Of a stretch of DNA of 64,000 bases, positions 1-14,367 are shown piece after piece. The notes below the pieces were generated by a model. The model was not told the origin of the DNA, did no database searches, and saw only the letters and a list, made by a program, of their open reading frames with translations. The stretch is from NCBI RefSeq assembly GCF_964355755.1, contig NC_092680.1, forward strand, positions 2,418,001 through 2,482,000, given 5' to 3'. Positions within the stretch are counted from its first letter, which is position 1. Every line of letters begins with the position of its first letter. The position numbers and the translations under genes are program-made. Source of the DNA: Antedon mediterranea (lineage: Eukaryota; Animalia; Echinodermata).

Positions 1-384
1 CATTTACTCATGTTATTGTCTTTAATTTAATTACCCTTGAAAATTGTAATTTTGAGTTCTCATTTTAAGTATAATCATAATGAATAAGTAGAAGCAATTT
101 TGTTGTAGACTCGTTTCCTGTAAATTCAATCAAAAATTCATAATACAAAGTGAATTAAAACATAATGGCAGAGAAACTGGGTCATATTTTATGTAGCTGT
201 AATATTTAATAGTATAGTCTTAATGTTTATATACATTACAAAAAATGAATGAATATGCTTTGTCAGAAGGATCACTAATAAGTTTGATGTGTGATAATAT
301 AAAACAAACTTTATTTGTTGAGGATTCTTCTAGATTAAAACAGAAGATGAACAAATACATATTGAAATCAAAATAAAGCAAGGA

Positions 385-717
385 GGATTGTCCTACAGAC
401 AACTCTGAGAATGTCTTCAGAAAGACTCCGGGATTGTCATAGTGACAACTCTGAGATTATTTTAAGAATGACCCTAGGATCGTCCTATAGACAACTCTGT
501 GAATGACTCTAGAATTATCCTAAAGACATTAACTCTAAGATTGTCTTGAGAATGACCCCAGGATTGTACTAGAGACAATTCTGAGAATGTCTTGAGAATT
601 ACCCCGGGATTGTTCTAGAGACATTTCTGAGATTGTGCTGAGAATGACTCCAGGATTGTTTTGAAGACAACTCTAAGATTGTTTTGAGAATGACTCAAGG
701 ATTGTCCTAGAGAAAAC
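385..717. repeat. Degenerate 46-bp tandem repeat (~7 units)
   Basis: GGATTGT-like starts at 385, 431, 477, 561, 607, 653 and 699. Consensus is about GGATTGTCCTAGAGACAACTCTGAGATTGTCTTGAGAATGACCCCA, itself two related 23-mers. Confidence 0.9.
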
Positions 718-1484
718 TGCTGGATATAAAATATATATGTTGGCTAATGGAAGACTCTAAATAGAGAGACCTCTCAATTGTGTATGCATTAATGATTAGG
801 TGAAAATGAACTGATTAGATACAAAGATCAAACAGGCTTTTTTATCCATTATGGGAGGTGTCCACTATTACGACCAGTATCCAGACTCTGTTGAGGTTCA
901 AATATATGTTATTAACTTCATAATTGTAGTCTTTATTAAGTTCAGGAGAACAAAAAAATCAATATTTAGTCAAGTTGTTCACTTGAGATTAAAAAAACAA
1001 ACATTGGTTAACAAATGTAGATCTCTTCAGCCAAGTACTATTTATTAAACTTGTCAGAAACAGGATCCCCGTCCTACATATTTAAAGCATGAAAACTCAA
1101 GTCCACACTAATCAACCTCTCGTAAATTATGTGCTCAAAAAACGATATTTGCAATTGAAACTTTAAAGACATTTAAACACATATCGCACAGCTGTCCTAT
1201 CTGTTAGTTAACTCTTAACGAGTCATGTCTTGTTATCTTATTTGAAGTAAATGTATAATATTAATAATATATCGCTCAGTCAACAGTAAATTAAAATGCA
1301 ATTTACAGGATACCGTGAGCCTGGTAGTGGCGCTACTTTGGACAAAATCCAGGAAAGAATCAGGCTTTGAACCTAGGGGGCCTAGAAAGCATGTTAACCT
1401 GTGGTGGATCAAGCAATTAAACATGAAAAAAGTGTTTTACTTTCTGGTGCAAGCATAAGCTTATACAGTATTTGTTATATGTTG

Positions 1485-1570
1485 CAGAGGCTCCTGTGGA
1501 GACTAAGGCTATGCCTTGTAAGGAGCCTCTGGGTGAAATATTTAATACAAAATAAAAAAAATAAAAAACG
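1485..1570 (+). mobile_element. Probable LINE 3' end (stem-loop plus A-rich tail)
   Basis: Hairpin CAGAGGCTCCT...AGGAGCCTCTG (1485-1531) with a GGAGACTAAG loop motif, followed by an AATAAA/A-rich run. Resembles L2/Crack-type 3' stem-loops. Confidence 0.45.
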
Positions 1571-3633
1571 AGGAAAATAGATATAAAAATGGAAATATGT
1601 ATAAATAATAACACTGGTAGTAATAACAATATTTATATGTATTAACTTTCATAATTGAACAAACTGTGTTAAAAAATGACATGAAAAGCAATAACGAAGA
1701 ATATTTGTAACACATTCTTCATTGAGTTTTTTCCATTATTAACAACTGCATGTGAAAAAAAAACTATTTACCGCCCCCCTGCGATCACCAACAGAACGCG
1801 ACGATATAATAATTATTTCACAAAAGTAATGGCTTCCTTCACATTTTTATATATAATTATAGGTATAGTATGTTTTCAAGCTATACCCTTTTGCGGTAAA
1901 TTCTTGAAAACAACATTAAACCATAAAAATGAAATATTACAAGGTTATATAAATAATTTTCTTTAACATAAAAAAATGTTAAATTATTGAGTATCAGTTA
2001 ATTAAAAACGGTTAAAAATCAATACCATTTCTGACCGAGTATAACCTTACTGAGTATAATCCCATTTAATTAAAAAATGTCCTACCCAGGCCCCCACTAT
2101 ACTATGCCATAAGCTACATATGGTAATTCACATTATTATGTGATATGATTTGTACAGCAATATAAACTATGGTATTATATAAGTTCTTTTTTCATACACG
2201 GTTTCTATTGACTACCTACACACTGTAATAACATTATAGAATATAAAAATAATGGTATTTGAACATGAAATTTATACAAAGCCGAATAAATTGTAGTTTG
2301 CAGTCATATCAACACGTCGCAAACATAAAGTATAGTTACTATACAACCAATGAGAGACTTTATCATTCTTTTGTAGAATGAAATTCTACGATCTAGTAAC
2401 TGTCTTAAATATTATGCGACAAGTTTTATTAACAATCATTCGATATTTAATGAGTATATCTTACCTTTTATTTTATTTGTCATAAGAATCCATAAGACAA
2501 CACAATTCAAACAATTTGCTGGTTAAAAAAATTATATATAAACAAAATGGTAGCCGCCGATCACATACGTTAATCAGTATTCGCAAACGATATTTAAAAA
2601 TCCAATCAAAAATCAGTAAAAACCAATATAAACTATATTAATACATTATTTCCACAAATAAGACTTATTTCTTGATTGTACAAATTTGAAATGGTTTCTG
2701 AATCCTTTCGAAGCGAAAGTCATGCGTTGCTTTCACGTGTGATCCCGGTACTACTATACGATAATTCAATGTTACATAGCTGCCAATTTGCATAAACGTT
2801 CATTGCTGAAGCATGAGACGTAAAGGTAAATTAAACAACATAAAAACGTCATTTTATGCAGAAAGATTTTACGAAAATTATTGAAAAAATGGATTGCAAA
2901 TTTCGATAAAATTACATATATTTACAAATATATATGCTTATTTTTTCTTGCAATTGAATGCGCATTTTTAATGTTACGACGTTTATGCACACGGTATATC
3001 AGCGACTTCTACGTATAATAAATCAGATCCGACTTTAATGCGAAAAACCATCTGGTTTGGATAAAAAAGCTATAGGCCTACGCAAGAAAAGATGTTTTTT
3101 TATCACGCGATCGCAGAGTATTTTGAAGGTTACCCTTTCATTACATTCATAACATCGATGTTGAACTATAACCCCAACATTTACCATTTTAAAAATTATA
3201 TTTGAGAATTCAAGGCAACACCTAAATTGACCATTAAATCTGAAATAAAATTTTTCAAAATTAAGGTTGATGGATATGTTTTGTTTATTAAAGGTTATGT
3301 ATTAATAATATAACAATCTATTTATTTATTAACTACTCTTAGAATATTAACTACTCTTAGAACTTTGAAGTTGATTAGTGTTCTTCAATGTTATTGTCAA
3401 GGTCATTTTTAATGCAAGGTGAAATCTTAAATTATTAATATAATTCATACGAAAAGCGAAAATTAAAAAATATTAAAGTAAACAGGCTGAGAGAAAAGCC
3501 AAGCTTTCAGAAAAAACAAATCTGTTTTGGCGATTAACAACAAATAAATTATAAATCCTCAAGCAGATTACGTACAAAATGACAATGTTGTGCATATCAC
3601 TGACTGAGTATCAAATGGAGATTACAAATGAAA

Positions 3634-3674
3634 GCAAAAAACTAAATCAAAACGATAAAGTAAAACGTCCAGAA
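3634..3674 (-). repeat. Fragment of the Penelope-like repeat also seen at 31010-31087
   Basis: GCAAAAAACTAAATCAAAACGATAAAGTAAAACGTCCAGAAA is near-identical to the reverse complement of about 31046-31087. Confidence 0.6.
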
Positions 3675-3694
3675 AGAAACTTAGATTAATGTTA

Positions 3695-3816
3695 AGCACT
3701 GTCTACACTATCAAAAAGTGTGATATGCCCAAATATGGTAGTGATATGACATCATCATGTCCATATATGGTCACATCACATTTTGTCACATAAAGTTTGA
3801 TAGTGTAGACAGAGCT
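3695..3816. mobile_element. MITE family A, near full length (PIF/Harbinger-like termini)
   Basis: TIRs AGC(A/T)CTGTCTACACTATCAAA...TTTGATAGTGTAGACAGAGCT; interior shared with other copies in the window. Confidence 0.85.
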
Positions 3817-5171
3817 TCAGAAATAAATGCAATTTTAAAGAAGGAAAATATGCTATTCTGCTTAAAATATACAGATTGGATTCAACATATTAAATGTAAT
3901 TTTACATGTTATTAATAGCTCTTGTGTTTATTTCATCCATCCTTTCCAATTCGGAATAGTCATTATACAATTTCATAGAATCTATACCCAATCAAGAATA
4001 TGAACTGACCTTTATTGCATTCATAATATATTCTAGTGTGTTAAACAAAGCCTCATTATTTCTCAACGTACATAAAATTGATACAGGTTATATAATCTAA
4101 GATGTGTTAAGGGAAGGGTAAGCTCCCTTAATGTTAATAATTCATACACTGACCGAGGTAATATATCCCTATATGAATTGTTAATGTGTAAACTTTACAC
4201 TGCTATGGGGAGATATTAATGATTATCTTTAGTTGGACAGTTATAGACAAAATCTGTGATTTGTTTTGATATAGGCTATAAAGAGAAAATACCACTGAAG
4301 TACGCAGCGTTTACGCCAGAGTTTCGCTAAACTATATTGGACACTCCGAGGCAAATGACTGTGAATAACAGGTTTTGAGGCAACGCTTTAAAGTTACTCA
4401 TAAAGAGGTTTTATCGCTACATAATTGAATCCATACCGATTATATGTTAATGTTCGTTTGGATGTCGTATGAATTAATCGCAAGATATGTTCACGTTTAA
4501 TAATTTCGCGTTTAAAAAAACCTAATATTACAAAAATGAAAATACTATAAAAAGAACTACCGAAAACGCATAATGAAAAATAAAATATAAAATACTCACA
4601 TTATTCCTCAAATAACCTCTTCAAAACTTAATTTCTGCAATTAAGTTAAATTCCACAAATAGGCAATAAAAATATAAAGTAACGAAGCTATAACAAGTTT
4701 AATTGTTTCCATTTGGGAAAAATATGAAATCATATTTGACCCCATGTGGGGGTACACTATTCCATTATGTAAATACTTGGTGAACCGTATGTAGTATCAA
4801 AAGTCCTTCATCTACTTACGCCACTAAGGATATGTACGCTAATGTACGTATGTCTCATGGTTATCAGCATTCACAATGACGTTTAAATGTATGACGCCTT
4901 ATATTATGTACGTACAATACAAGGGACAATATCCTTGACGAATTTACTGACCGTCCTTGGTAAAATCGGTACCATATTTACCAAGGTACCAAACATTTTC
5001 GTTAGAAGTAGAAAAATAATTTATACAAAGAATGGGGTATAATCGCAATTCCGTAGATTATATTACGTTATGAAAAAAAAAATTAATCTATCTGAAGACA
5101 ACCAAGATTGCAATTTAAATTCATAATTTTTCTGAAATATTTTTAAAACAAAATTTAATGACAACAAAAAT

Positions 5172-5239
5172 CAACGTTTCGAATGAATCTTATTCATTTG
5201 TGCTTGAGAATGGTTCCATGATGGTTCCGAAACGTCGAG
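5172..5239. ncRNA. Two back-to-back degenerate Penelope-type hammerhead remnants
   Basis: Plus strand 5204-5239: TTGAGAA..GAAACGTC-GAG, a U3/A8 core variant with a damaged stem II. Minus strand 5172-5198: stem AATGAAT-AAG-ATTCATT plus CGAAACGTTG, with the 5' core box missing. Confidence 0.5.
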
Positions 5240-5324
5240 TTATATAGCAAACGTCTCTTAATTCTTAAATATTCAAATAACAATTGGATCAGATTTACTA
5301 AAAATATTATATAATAGGAACCTT

Positions 5325-5515
5325 GATTGAAAATGTTCATCTGGTTTGTAGTAATAAGTTATTTGGAAATGTTCTTTTTTTCAAACCAATAATTAGTGAA
5401 CTAACCTAATGACAGTTTCGCTGTCCTGTTCTTCAGAAGAAGCTGTCCGAACAGGACAGCAAAACTGTCAAGGTTAGTTCACTAATTATTAGTTTGAAAA
5501 AAAGAACATTTTCAA
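5325..5515 (+). mobile_element. Fold-back hammerhead-containing Penelope-like insertion with 14-bp flanking direct repeat
   Basis: Inverted arms at 5359-5431 and 5449-5519. HHR-like CTT-CAGAAGA-A-GCTGTCC-GAACA-GGACAGC-AAAA-CTGTC-AAG; the opposite arm keeps CTGAAGA and GAAA. ATAATAGGAACCTT occurs at 5311-5324 and 5516-5529. Confidence 0.75.
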
Positions 5516-5756
5516 ATAATAGGAACCTTAATAGGATGTTTCACAATATAAAATTATACATTATTTTATCATCATTTGTTTTGTTAATATTGATTATAAA
5601 ACATGAATTTAGCTATTGTCAGTGATTTGGTAAATAATGTTTAATCTGGTATCATTTTTGTATAAAGAATTATTTTAAATATGATAATACTTGTATTTAA
5701 ATAATTGTATTTAAAAAATGCTGCCTAAAGAGGTCTAGAGTTCATTCATATCCTTA

Positions 5757-5844
5757 AGCTCTGTCTACATTATCAAACTAGTTTGACAAAAAAAGTGGGA
5801 TGTGCCCAAATGTGGCAGTATGGTACCGATATGACACCATCATG
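5757..5844. mobile_element. MITE family A, 5' half
   Basis: AGCTCTGTCTACATTATCAAACTAGTTTGACAAAAAAAGTG... matches other copies; second TIR absent. Confidence 0.8.
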
Positions 5845-8800
5845 AAAATCACATCTCATAAAATTTAGTCAGAAATTAATTTGAAGTCAAATGTTTTATC
5901 AACATTAAACAGAAATTCTACATTAAGAAAGTTTCTCCAAACTCGTTGTTGACTAATTCGGTTTACTAGCGGAAATGAATAGCTCCTAATTTTAAAATAT
6001 AACATGCACACAAATTGACGAAACCAGTCTGTTTAATTTCTCCAAAATATCGTGCTGATGTCTAAAATGTTTGTCATGCGCAAAATGTTTCTTGGAATGC
6101 TGGGAAATTTGGCAACAACTTTATAGCTTGGAAGTTTTGGCAAAAACTTTATACTTGCTTATATAGTTTAGTTGTTAATAGAATATTTACATTTCTTATC
6201 AATACCTGTATTTATTGACCTCAGAAAACTAAATGTAATAGTAGGCCAAAAATACTTTATTCATTTATTATACTGTATAAATTAAGCTAGCCATAATTTT
6301 TTCCTAACATTCAATAATCATTTTCTCTAAAAACTCATATTTGATTAAACATTGAACGAACACATAATGCAAAAAGATTTTTTTAGAAAATTACTGTGTG
6401 GAAAATTGGGTAAAATACATATACCAAATAAAACCCATTACCTAATTCATTTCATTTGTAATATGTAATATATTTTATGTTTCATATTTTCTTTTTATAA
6501 TATAAAACAGGTAAACAGCTTGTATCAAATAAGTAGAACAAGCTATTAAATGAAAAAGGTTTTAGTAATACTAATTTATTAAAAAATATTTGTAGAATAC
6601 TACTACTAATACTACTAAAATAAATAAAAAATGCATCAAAATTATCATTATTGAAAAAATCAAGAAAAAACATTTTATGACCTACATCTTGTAAAAACAC
6701 AATAAAGAAAAAAAAAATCAATTACTCGGTAGCTTGGTTATTGTCTTCACTGGAGAGACATTTTATGTATGATAATCATCTTTGCATTAGTAACTATCAA
6801 CATCAGTGTTGCCCTATATAACAACATTTACTTCTTCTTTTCTTGGACCATTGCTCTGTAGTCCGAAGAAGTTGCATAGTTACAAGAACTCGTGAAATTT
6901 AATACCTTATGTAACGTATGCTAGTTGTGTAAGCAGAATGGACATTATAATACCATTGTATCTGACATCAATTTTGCATTTATTTACTGCGAGAAAAAAT
7001 ATTTATAGGATGAGAAAATGACCACATTGTCGTTTTGTTAAACAAAATAGAGAATGACGATCACACTACGATCTTCATCTCTAGTAAATGTTTAAAATAC
7101 CAAATATCTTTTCTTCTTTTTTTTCTTGTTAAAATTGTTTTTGTGTCACTGAACTATATGTTTTGCTTTAATTACCTTTCCTTATGATATTCATGTTTAA
7201 TATAGGCCTAATGATTTTATCAGGTAGATCAATGCACAATATTGTTTCCTTCTGAAGTTATCTCTCCTGATATCCTACATTATGAACTTTTAAAATGCTT
7301 CTTTTAAATTAACAAAGCCCTACTATTTTAAATAAAAATGCATATTAGAAAAGCAGTGCTTCTATCTAAATAACAATCAAAAACAAACTAAGTTCAATCA
7401 AAATCACATAGTATCAACGTACAAAACAACTATTCCATGATTTCTACTAAATTTATCTTTCTTATGAATAAGGAAACTACTCATGTTCTTCTCAATTCAA
7501 ATTAAATAATATCTTTTCTTGTTTCCATTTCAAACATTATAGTTAAGAAGGGTATTAAAACAATCTATATTTTTTAATATGTCTATAACATAACCATATA
7601 AGGAAAACATGCAGCATAATAAACTGCATCATAAACAACATTTAGTTGTAATATTTTTAAAGAAATTCTTTCTAATATTTTATACTGGTACTTTTATTGT
7701 TGTAATATTTCTTTAAATTTATTCAAACCAAAATTGTTAAAACTTAGTGTCTGTACTACCCATGAAAAAAGGAATAAATTATAATAAGCATTAAAAACCC
7801 AGTAAAACCTTCTAAATTTAACTACCTAGGCGATGATTAATTTAACTCAGGTCCATATTGTTCTATAATGGTTTGAAATTTCCAAAAAAAATTGTGAAAG
7901 TATGAATGAATGAGAACAAAATTAGCAAACAAAGATTATGATTGAGCCGTGGCATTGAGGTGTAGTAAACAACTAATGAACAGACGATTATGAACAGTTA
8001 ATTTTCCTGTAAATGGTAATGACAATAATTACCTAGTAATTGTATGTCTGTATGTTTATTCAATGGATATCTCACATTTAACTAATAGTTCTCAATTAAT
8101 AGAAATATTACGTATTTCACAAATATAAATTTATGGATTTATGGTTTCGTTCGTTGCGGCTTCGTTTTTTTTTTATCATGGCTTGTTGCTTTGACCATGA
8201 GATTTAAATTAATTTATAATACAGCATAAAAATAATGAAGAAATGTGTTGTAAAAGTTTAAAGCAGTATATCAGGTTGGACATTTATTAACTCATGAAAT
8301 AATAAAATCTCAGACATAACCGAAAAAAAAGAATAAAATTGCTAAATTATTACACATACTAAACTCGTAGTGCCCTCGGAAAATTATATCTTAATCAAAT
8401 TTAGTATAAAACAAACATTATAGAATTAATATGGTTTGTACACAAGGTTATTTCGACGTTGCGTGAGAGGCCGGTGACCGAGGCACGAATATCTTGAATC
8501 AACGTACAATTAGGTACGTTGAAGAAAAAAAACCAAAAAAAACATGAACTCTACGGTTGTTTGAAGAAAAATAAAAAAGTGTTCCCTAAAGAAATCTATA
8601 AACTTTTGATGTGCCTATATATAGAAATTAAACGCTTTATGGAATCACTTGTTAAATTCAATTTATGTACAATTTATGTACAATTTATATGAATAACCTT
8701 ACTTACATTGAGTTAGTTTGGAGAAAAAAACTATTTTATTGTATGAGAACAAACAATTTATTACATGAAAAATTTAAGTTAATTATATATTACTTGTAAA

Positions 8801-9776
8801 AGTGCAGTAAATAGCAAATGGAGTGAAAATTGAAAAAATCCAAAATTTAAACAGATATCATTCTAGTAAATAATATTTTTCTATAATTAATTTGAGTAAT
8901 TTATGCTTACACCTTTATAATTTAAATAATCTAGAAATATTAATTGTTGAAATACCACACAAGTATTTTTTTCCAAAATGATAAATATTAATTAAAAAAA
9001 TGTGAGCTGACTGGTTAAAATATTTAAACAGGTAATGAATATATAAACAATCTAAAAATAGAACTAAAAATTTCCAAAAATATATTTAAAAAGAGTTTAG
9101 ACCAACTCTATAGTTTTAGCTTGGATAAGATAACAATGGTTAAAAAGTAAATTTTGTGACGCTACCAATAATTTAAGATAAACTTACTCGTATTCTTCTG
9201 CGAGAAATATTGTTCGAGAGAGATTAGGTCCTATATAATTCCAAGCATAGGTAAACACAACGTTTGGATGCCGAGTCTCGGTGCCTAACAAACTATATCA
9301 CGTTAGCGCACGGCATTTGCATATTATTAAAACAATCGGTTCTCTTAAGTTGAAGGCTAATTTAATTTTTTTTTGGAAAAATTTATATTCACGTTATCCA
9401 TTCACTCATTTAGGCTCACGTGACAAGATAAAAGCGGGTAAGCTGGTTAAGCACAACGACAGACCATCATCGAACGCATACCCAATGAGAATTTTTTATG
9501 TAAAGTATTATCTTTGTCACCGAAAATGAGCGTTGGTAATTAGGATAGGGTAATCATTGTTACTATATACATGTTAATTTAATTAACAACAGCTTCGTTG
9601 ATTTTTAATGCAAGCTAAAGAAATGATCATAGGTGATAGGTTCTTAACCTTCATTGTCCCCTGGACAACCTTTCAACCTCGGTTAATTTCCCCTAGCCTA
9701 ACCACATTATTGTCATAATTACCCTTATGTAAATTATATAAGACACAAGGAATGTGGTAATCATATAGTTACTTAC

Positions 9777-10335
9777 AAAATATTGCGTAAAATGATATGA
9801 TCCATAAAAAAGCATTACGAAGAACCGCATATATCCAAGGTAAAAGGTACGATCATGCTTACATGTTCGGGAGAAATATATTTCCAATAGATAATTCCAT
9901 AATAGAAGATATACAACCGGTGCAAACAATACGGTAGAACTAATTCGACTTCAAATTGAAAAATGACCAAATTCGGTCGAGGATGGCGATTTTCAAGGCT
10001 AAGAAATAAACTGCGATTCTTTTGTATTCCAATGCAAGAATCTATTGAGCTATTGTGTACTCCCATTTTATAGTAACTCTATTGCCTCAATTTCCGTACT
10101 GTATTCCAACGTATACAAATATTTTGTAAATATCCGTCGCCATTCATAAAGGGTAAAAGGTTCATGTGTTGCACTAATGTGACCTTTTAACGACCTGTAA
10201 ACCTTGACATGGTTCCTTCGTTGTTTTTTCAACATTAACAAACATGTTATGTTTTGCCTCTTTGCCGTCGTGGTCAGTCCTTCAAACAATTATCACACAA
10301 CCGTGATTTCGTTTCATTGCCAAAGCAATAGGCTT
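9777..10335 (-). other. Candidate first exon / 5' leader of a minus-strand gene
   Basis: CpG-enriched block (about 9.2-11.4 kb). Donors GTAAGT (plus ACTTAC 9771-9776) and GTAAGC (9857-9862). ATG at 10066 in aaaATGG context gives 68 codons to the 9863 donor. TATA-like run near 10365-10372. No homology recognised. Confidence 0.3.
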
Positions 10336-10820
10336 GCGAACGAGAATTATACGCACTGCCGCAATATATAAATGGTTGGGAAAAGAAAGTATTCTGATGA
10401 TTTCAGACAAGTTTGTTTTTTTTATATAGCGAATTCAAGGAACAATTGTGAATTGTTGAATGACAGCAACAGCCAGTGGACACGCAACCCGCAAATTTGA
10501 GATGATTAGCTGCTGTGCATAGATACGCCCAACCTAGCTTTCTAAAGATATACTATGTTCCTGTTGACGTTGGCAAACATAGGCAGTATTCATCAACTCC
10601 TGTTCTGATAAACAAAATGGTTTCTTAATTTGTGCTCATCCGTATTTCTGATTTTCATTTTCGCGTTGATTGAAACCGATTGTCCACCGTAACTTATATA
10701 AAAGGATATGAATTTACATCAGAATAAGGCTGAAGTAATACAGGGCAATATGTGTCCTTTCGTCGACCTCTTAACCTTGCAGCAACACTGATGTGAACAA
10801 TATGTTTATAACATTAATTT

Positions 10821-10848
10821 GACGTTTCGATAATTATTATCATCCTTG
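10821..10848 (-). ncRNA. Degenerate hammerhead remnant
   Basis: Minus strand GGAT-GATAA-TAA-TTATC-GAAACGTC: stem II, GAAA and GUC are present but the CUGA box is mutated. Confidence 0.35.
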
Positions 10849-13800
10849 ATATTTTCCTTTACACAAAGCAAATACAGCAACAAATAAATTGTATATTCCG
10901 GTAGAAAGCGTACGAACAACTGAATACGTCGCAACGTTGTGGTTTTGTTAACAATCTGCCAATGGATATTTATTCCGAAAATTAACATATCTTGTCTGTC
11001 GTGCAACGGAAAAGTTTAGCCTCGAAACGGATCGCTATTCATGGCGTACTGTAGCCTTCGCAAAAGCGAAAAAAATTCATTTGCGAAAAAAACGATTTGA
11101 ATACAGGATATTACACATTTACAGTAAGTTAACGTTCGTTGAGTAAATTACAAAACAACAAAATATAATTATCCCGAGAAAATTAACTGGCCAAAAAAAA
11201 AAGCGTGTACAAACTTTTTACAATTTAGACAGGAATGACCACGTAACAAGCAGGGTTCTATAAAATCAATGTCATTTATGCAACGCCCTCTGCAGTTAAT
11301 ACCGCAAGTGTCATCAATGCCAAACTGCGGTAAGGAAATTTTAATCCAAGAACGAATAATAAATATGACAATCAAATTCGCTGGTAATTAGTTTTAAATA
11401 AAATATTTTTTAAACAAATATTTATTGAAAAGTACAATTTTTTAATTCAGTATTTTTAAAACTAAGGTTAAAAAAAGTTTAACTTATCGCTCTTAAAAGG
11501 GAAGAGTTTTAAGATGTAATTAATTACTTTTTTTCATGGCCAAATCGATCTCTTATTTAATTATAAAAAGGTTATACCTCTATATTATATAATTTTTTTA
11601 TTGTCCAAAAAAAAGTGTATAGAGATTAACCGCATTGCACTTAAATTCAACTTGGTGTTGTGAAATATTTGGTTCACAGTAAGGTCACAAAAGAAAAGTC
11701 CATTGGATGGGTGAACTTGCTGCCTGCTTCCTTATTGGCCTACCTGAAAGCTTCAAATACATTAACCTTTGGCCCTACACATTAGGCCATATCGGGATTC
11801 CAGGCCACCACATAACAAGAATGTCATAAGCCTATCGACCCAGTCGAAGCAACGTCACAAGGCCATACGCAGCAAGATTCAGATAGCAATCGTACGTATC
11901 ACACAGGCCTACAGCTAGCCTACCATAGCAATTTTACGACCAATCGGATTGGATTGAATTGAGGTGACATTGACCAAGTCAACTTGAAGGGCGAGTGATG
12001 TTAACTAGCAGTAATTGCATCCACTGGAAGTCCCCATAAACTTATCCTCTTTTGTTCTCCAAACTTCAAACCAAGAACCTTGGATATATGTTTAACAGCT
12101 TACGTGCGAACGGCAACCATTCTACATTGTAGTGTATACAGACATGACTGACAATTATTGCATACGCTTTTTAACTGGTCCTATTATTATAAACAATTCA
12201 AAGGGTCTGTCGAACAATTCTAATTACATGGAATCTTCTTTTCTTTATATTTCAACAATTCTTTTTATTTAAGGATTAATTTCAGCCAAGAAGATGAGGG
12301 CGCTATTTTCCCCGTATTTTAGTAAAGTTATGCTAAAACTTTCGGGTGACCATGTTGGCCATGGACGTGCATGTTACGCGACAGGTTCCCGTTAAAAAAA
12401 ACGTAACAAACTTTATTCCATAATTATAATTGGTACAGTATATTCGATATTTAGTTTTACATAATACATTAATTATGCTATTTTATTAGATTATTACGTT
12501 GAAGGATAAATATGTTATGAATATTCATTATGTTGTCTGCATACGACACAGAAATGAAAAAAATGCAAAAACTGAAAAAAACTTCACATGGTTTTTTTGT
12601 CCTTCAGATAAACATCTAAAACCTTAAAAACCGATCATAAATACAATTTAATATTTTATTGTTAGGAAAATCTTATGTTTACGGTTCACCGCACAAAAAT
12701 AACAAATTTATCGTATAACATTGGGTGCTTTGAAGATACTTTTCAGCATTTATGTTCTGTAACCAGGTTCACCTTTTGACACGATGAAGCTGAAACCATC
12801 TTGATATGAAGTTATGAGCGATAATATAATATTTTTATGACATAATTGCACACACTAAGCAATTAAACCTAAAAATTTTTATTGGATACTTTGTAATTAA
12901 ATTAATTTTAAGAAGTACAGTTTTTATCTAAATAATGTGTCTCAATTGCGTTCAGTCATTTTGAATTATTATATCTTATTTGCATAAATGTTTTGGCGAA
13001 GAATATCGAAAATGGCTAAATGAGGTAAAGAACAATTAAATTTGCATAAGCATTTTGAAAATCGAAAATGGCTAAACGATATAAAGTACAATTTGTTTTA
13101 AAAATGAATGAATATATTAATCATCATATAATTAATATTTACAAATAAATAATAAAACTTGTCCTTCTAAAATAAAGCCACCCGTTCAAGTTGCGGTGCA
13201 TGGTGTTCAGGAAGTAGTTATCGACTTTTTGTTTTCCAAATGACTGCACCTTTAAACTATGTAACTATCGCATCAAAAAGTCATTCATGTTCAGAAACAT
13301 ATTTCATTAATATATTCATTCTGAATAGTACAAATTTTGGTGGGTGAGAATTTAGTAAATTTAATGTTATTATTTTATGCTCATATTTCAAGTTGTGACA
13401 TACCAAGTTGATGTATGTAGAACATGCATTAAAACATAAACATTATTTATGAATTATAATTATACGCATTAATTCAATTTCAAGGTTACAAATACTATTA
13501 ATTAATGTTAACAGATGTCTTTCAAAATTGTATTGTGAAACATAAAGAAGCATTTTTCAATACTTTTTTAACTACTTTTATTTGCGATAATAAATTTAAA
13601 AAAAAATTTGTTTTAGCACTTAACCAAAAGCATATCTCACTCTATTTTAAATGAAAATACTGAAACCCATGTTCCATTATGGCTTAGGTATTGTCATGTC
13701 AAATGCTAGATTTAAGCCCATAACCTGTGCGGTAGTCAATGATTTTATAAATGGACAGACAGACAAACAAAACCCTAAAATTATTGACGAGAGAGAGTGA

Positions 13801-14208
13801 TACATTTTAAGGGTTTTTCATATCCTCTAACATCTTTTTTTGTACAGTAAACAATCAACGTTGGAAAAGAAATAAGAAATAACTATATTCTTCAGAGTGT
13901 ATGTGTATTATGTTACATACTAACGGCTTTACTTAAAAATAAAATAATCATGCACTATTTAACTTGTAAACCAACCATTCAAACAAAAGGAATATTAGCC
14001 AGGTACAAAATAATTCCCTATGATTTAACTACAAAGAAAGTAAGCTATCGCGCATCATATTTTAATCTTAATTTTAGGCTGGGACCACCCACATCTATTT
14101 TGTTTAAAAAAAATTATGATATTAAAGAATGGAAGACAAACGAAGTGCAAGAAGTGGAAGAACTGGAGACATTAAATGGAATAGAAGTCAGTTCCTATTG
14201 ACTTACAA

Positions 14209-14367
14209 TAATGACGATGATGATAATGATAATGATGATGATGATAATGATGATGCTGATAATGATAATGATAATGATGATGATGATGCTGATGATGATG
14301 CTGATGATGATGAGATGATGATGATGATGATGATGATGATGCTGATGCTGATGCTGATGATGATAAT
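14209..14367. repeat. (GAT/GAT-AAT/GAT-GCT)n trinucleotide microsatellite
   Basis: Directly visible; explains the poly-D/M/H/S/I ORFs. Confidence 0.97.

Noticed and set aside
11700-11830. Possible LINE C-terminal relic (minus strand WN...FEAFR)
   Set aside because: Too degenerate to call without a database search.
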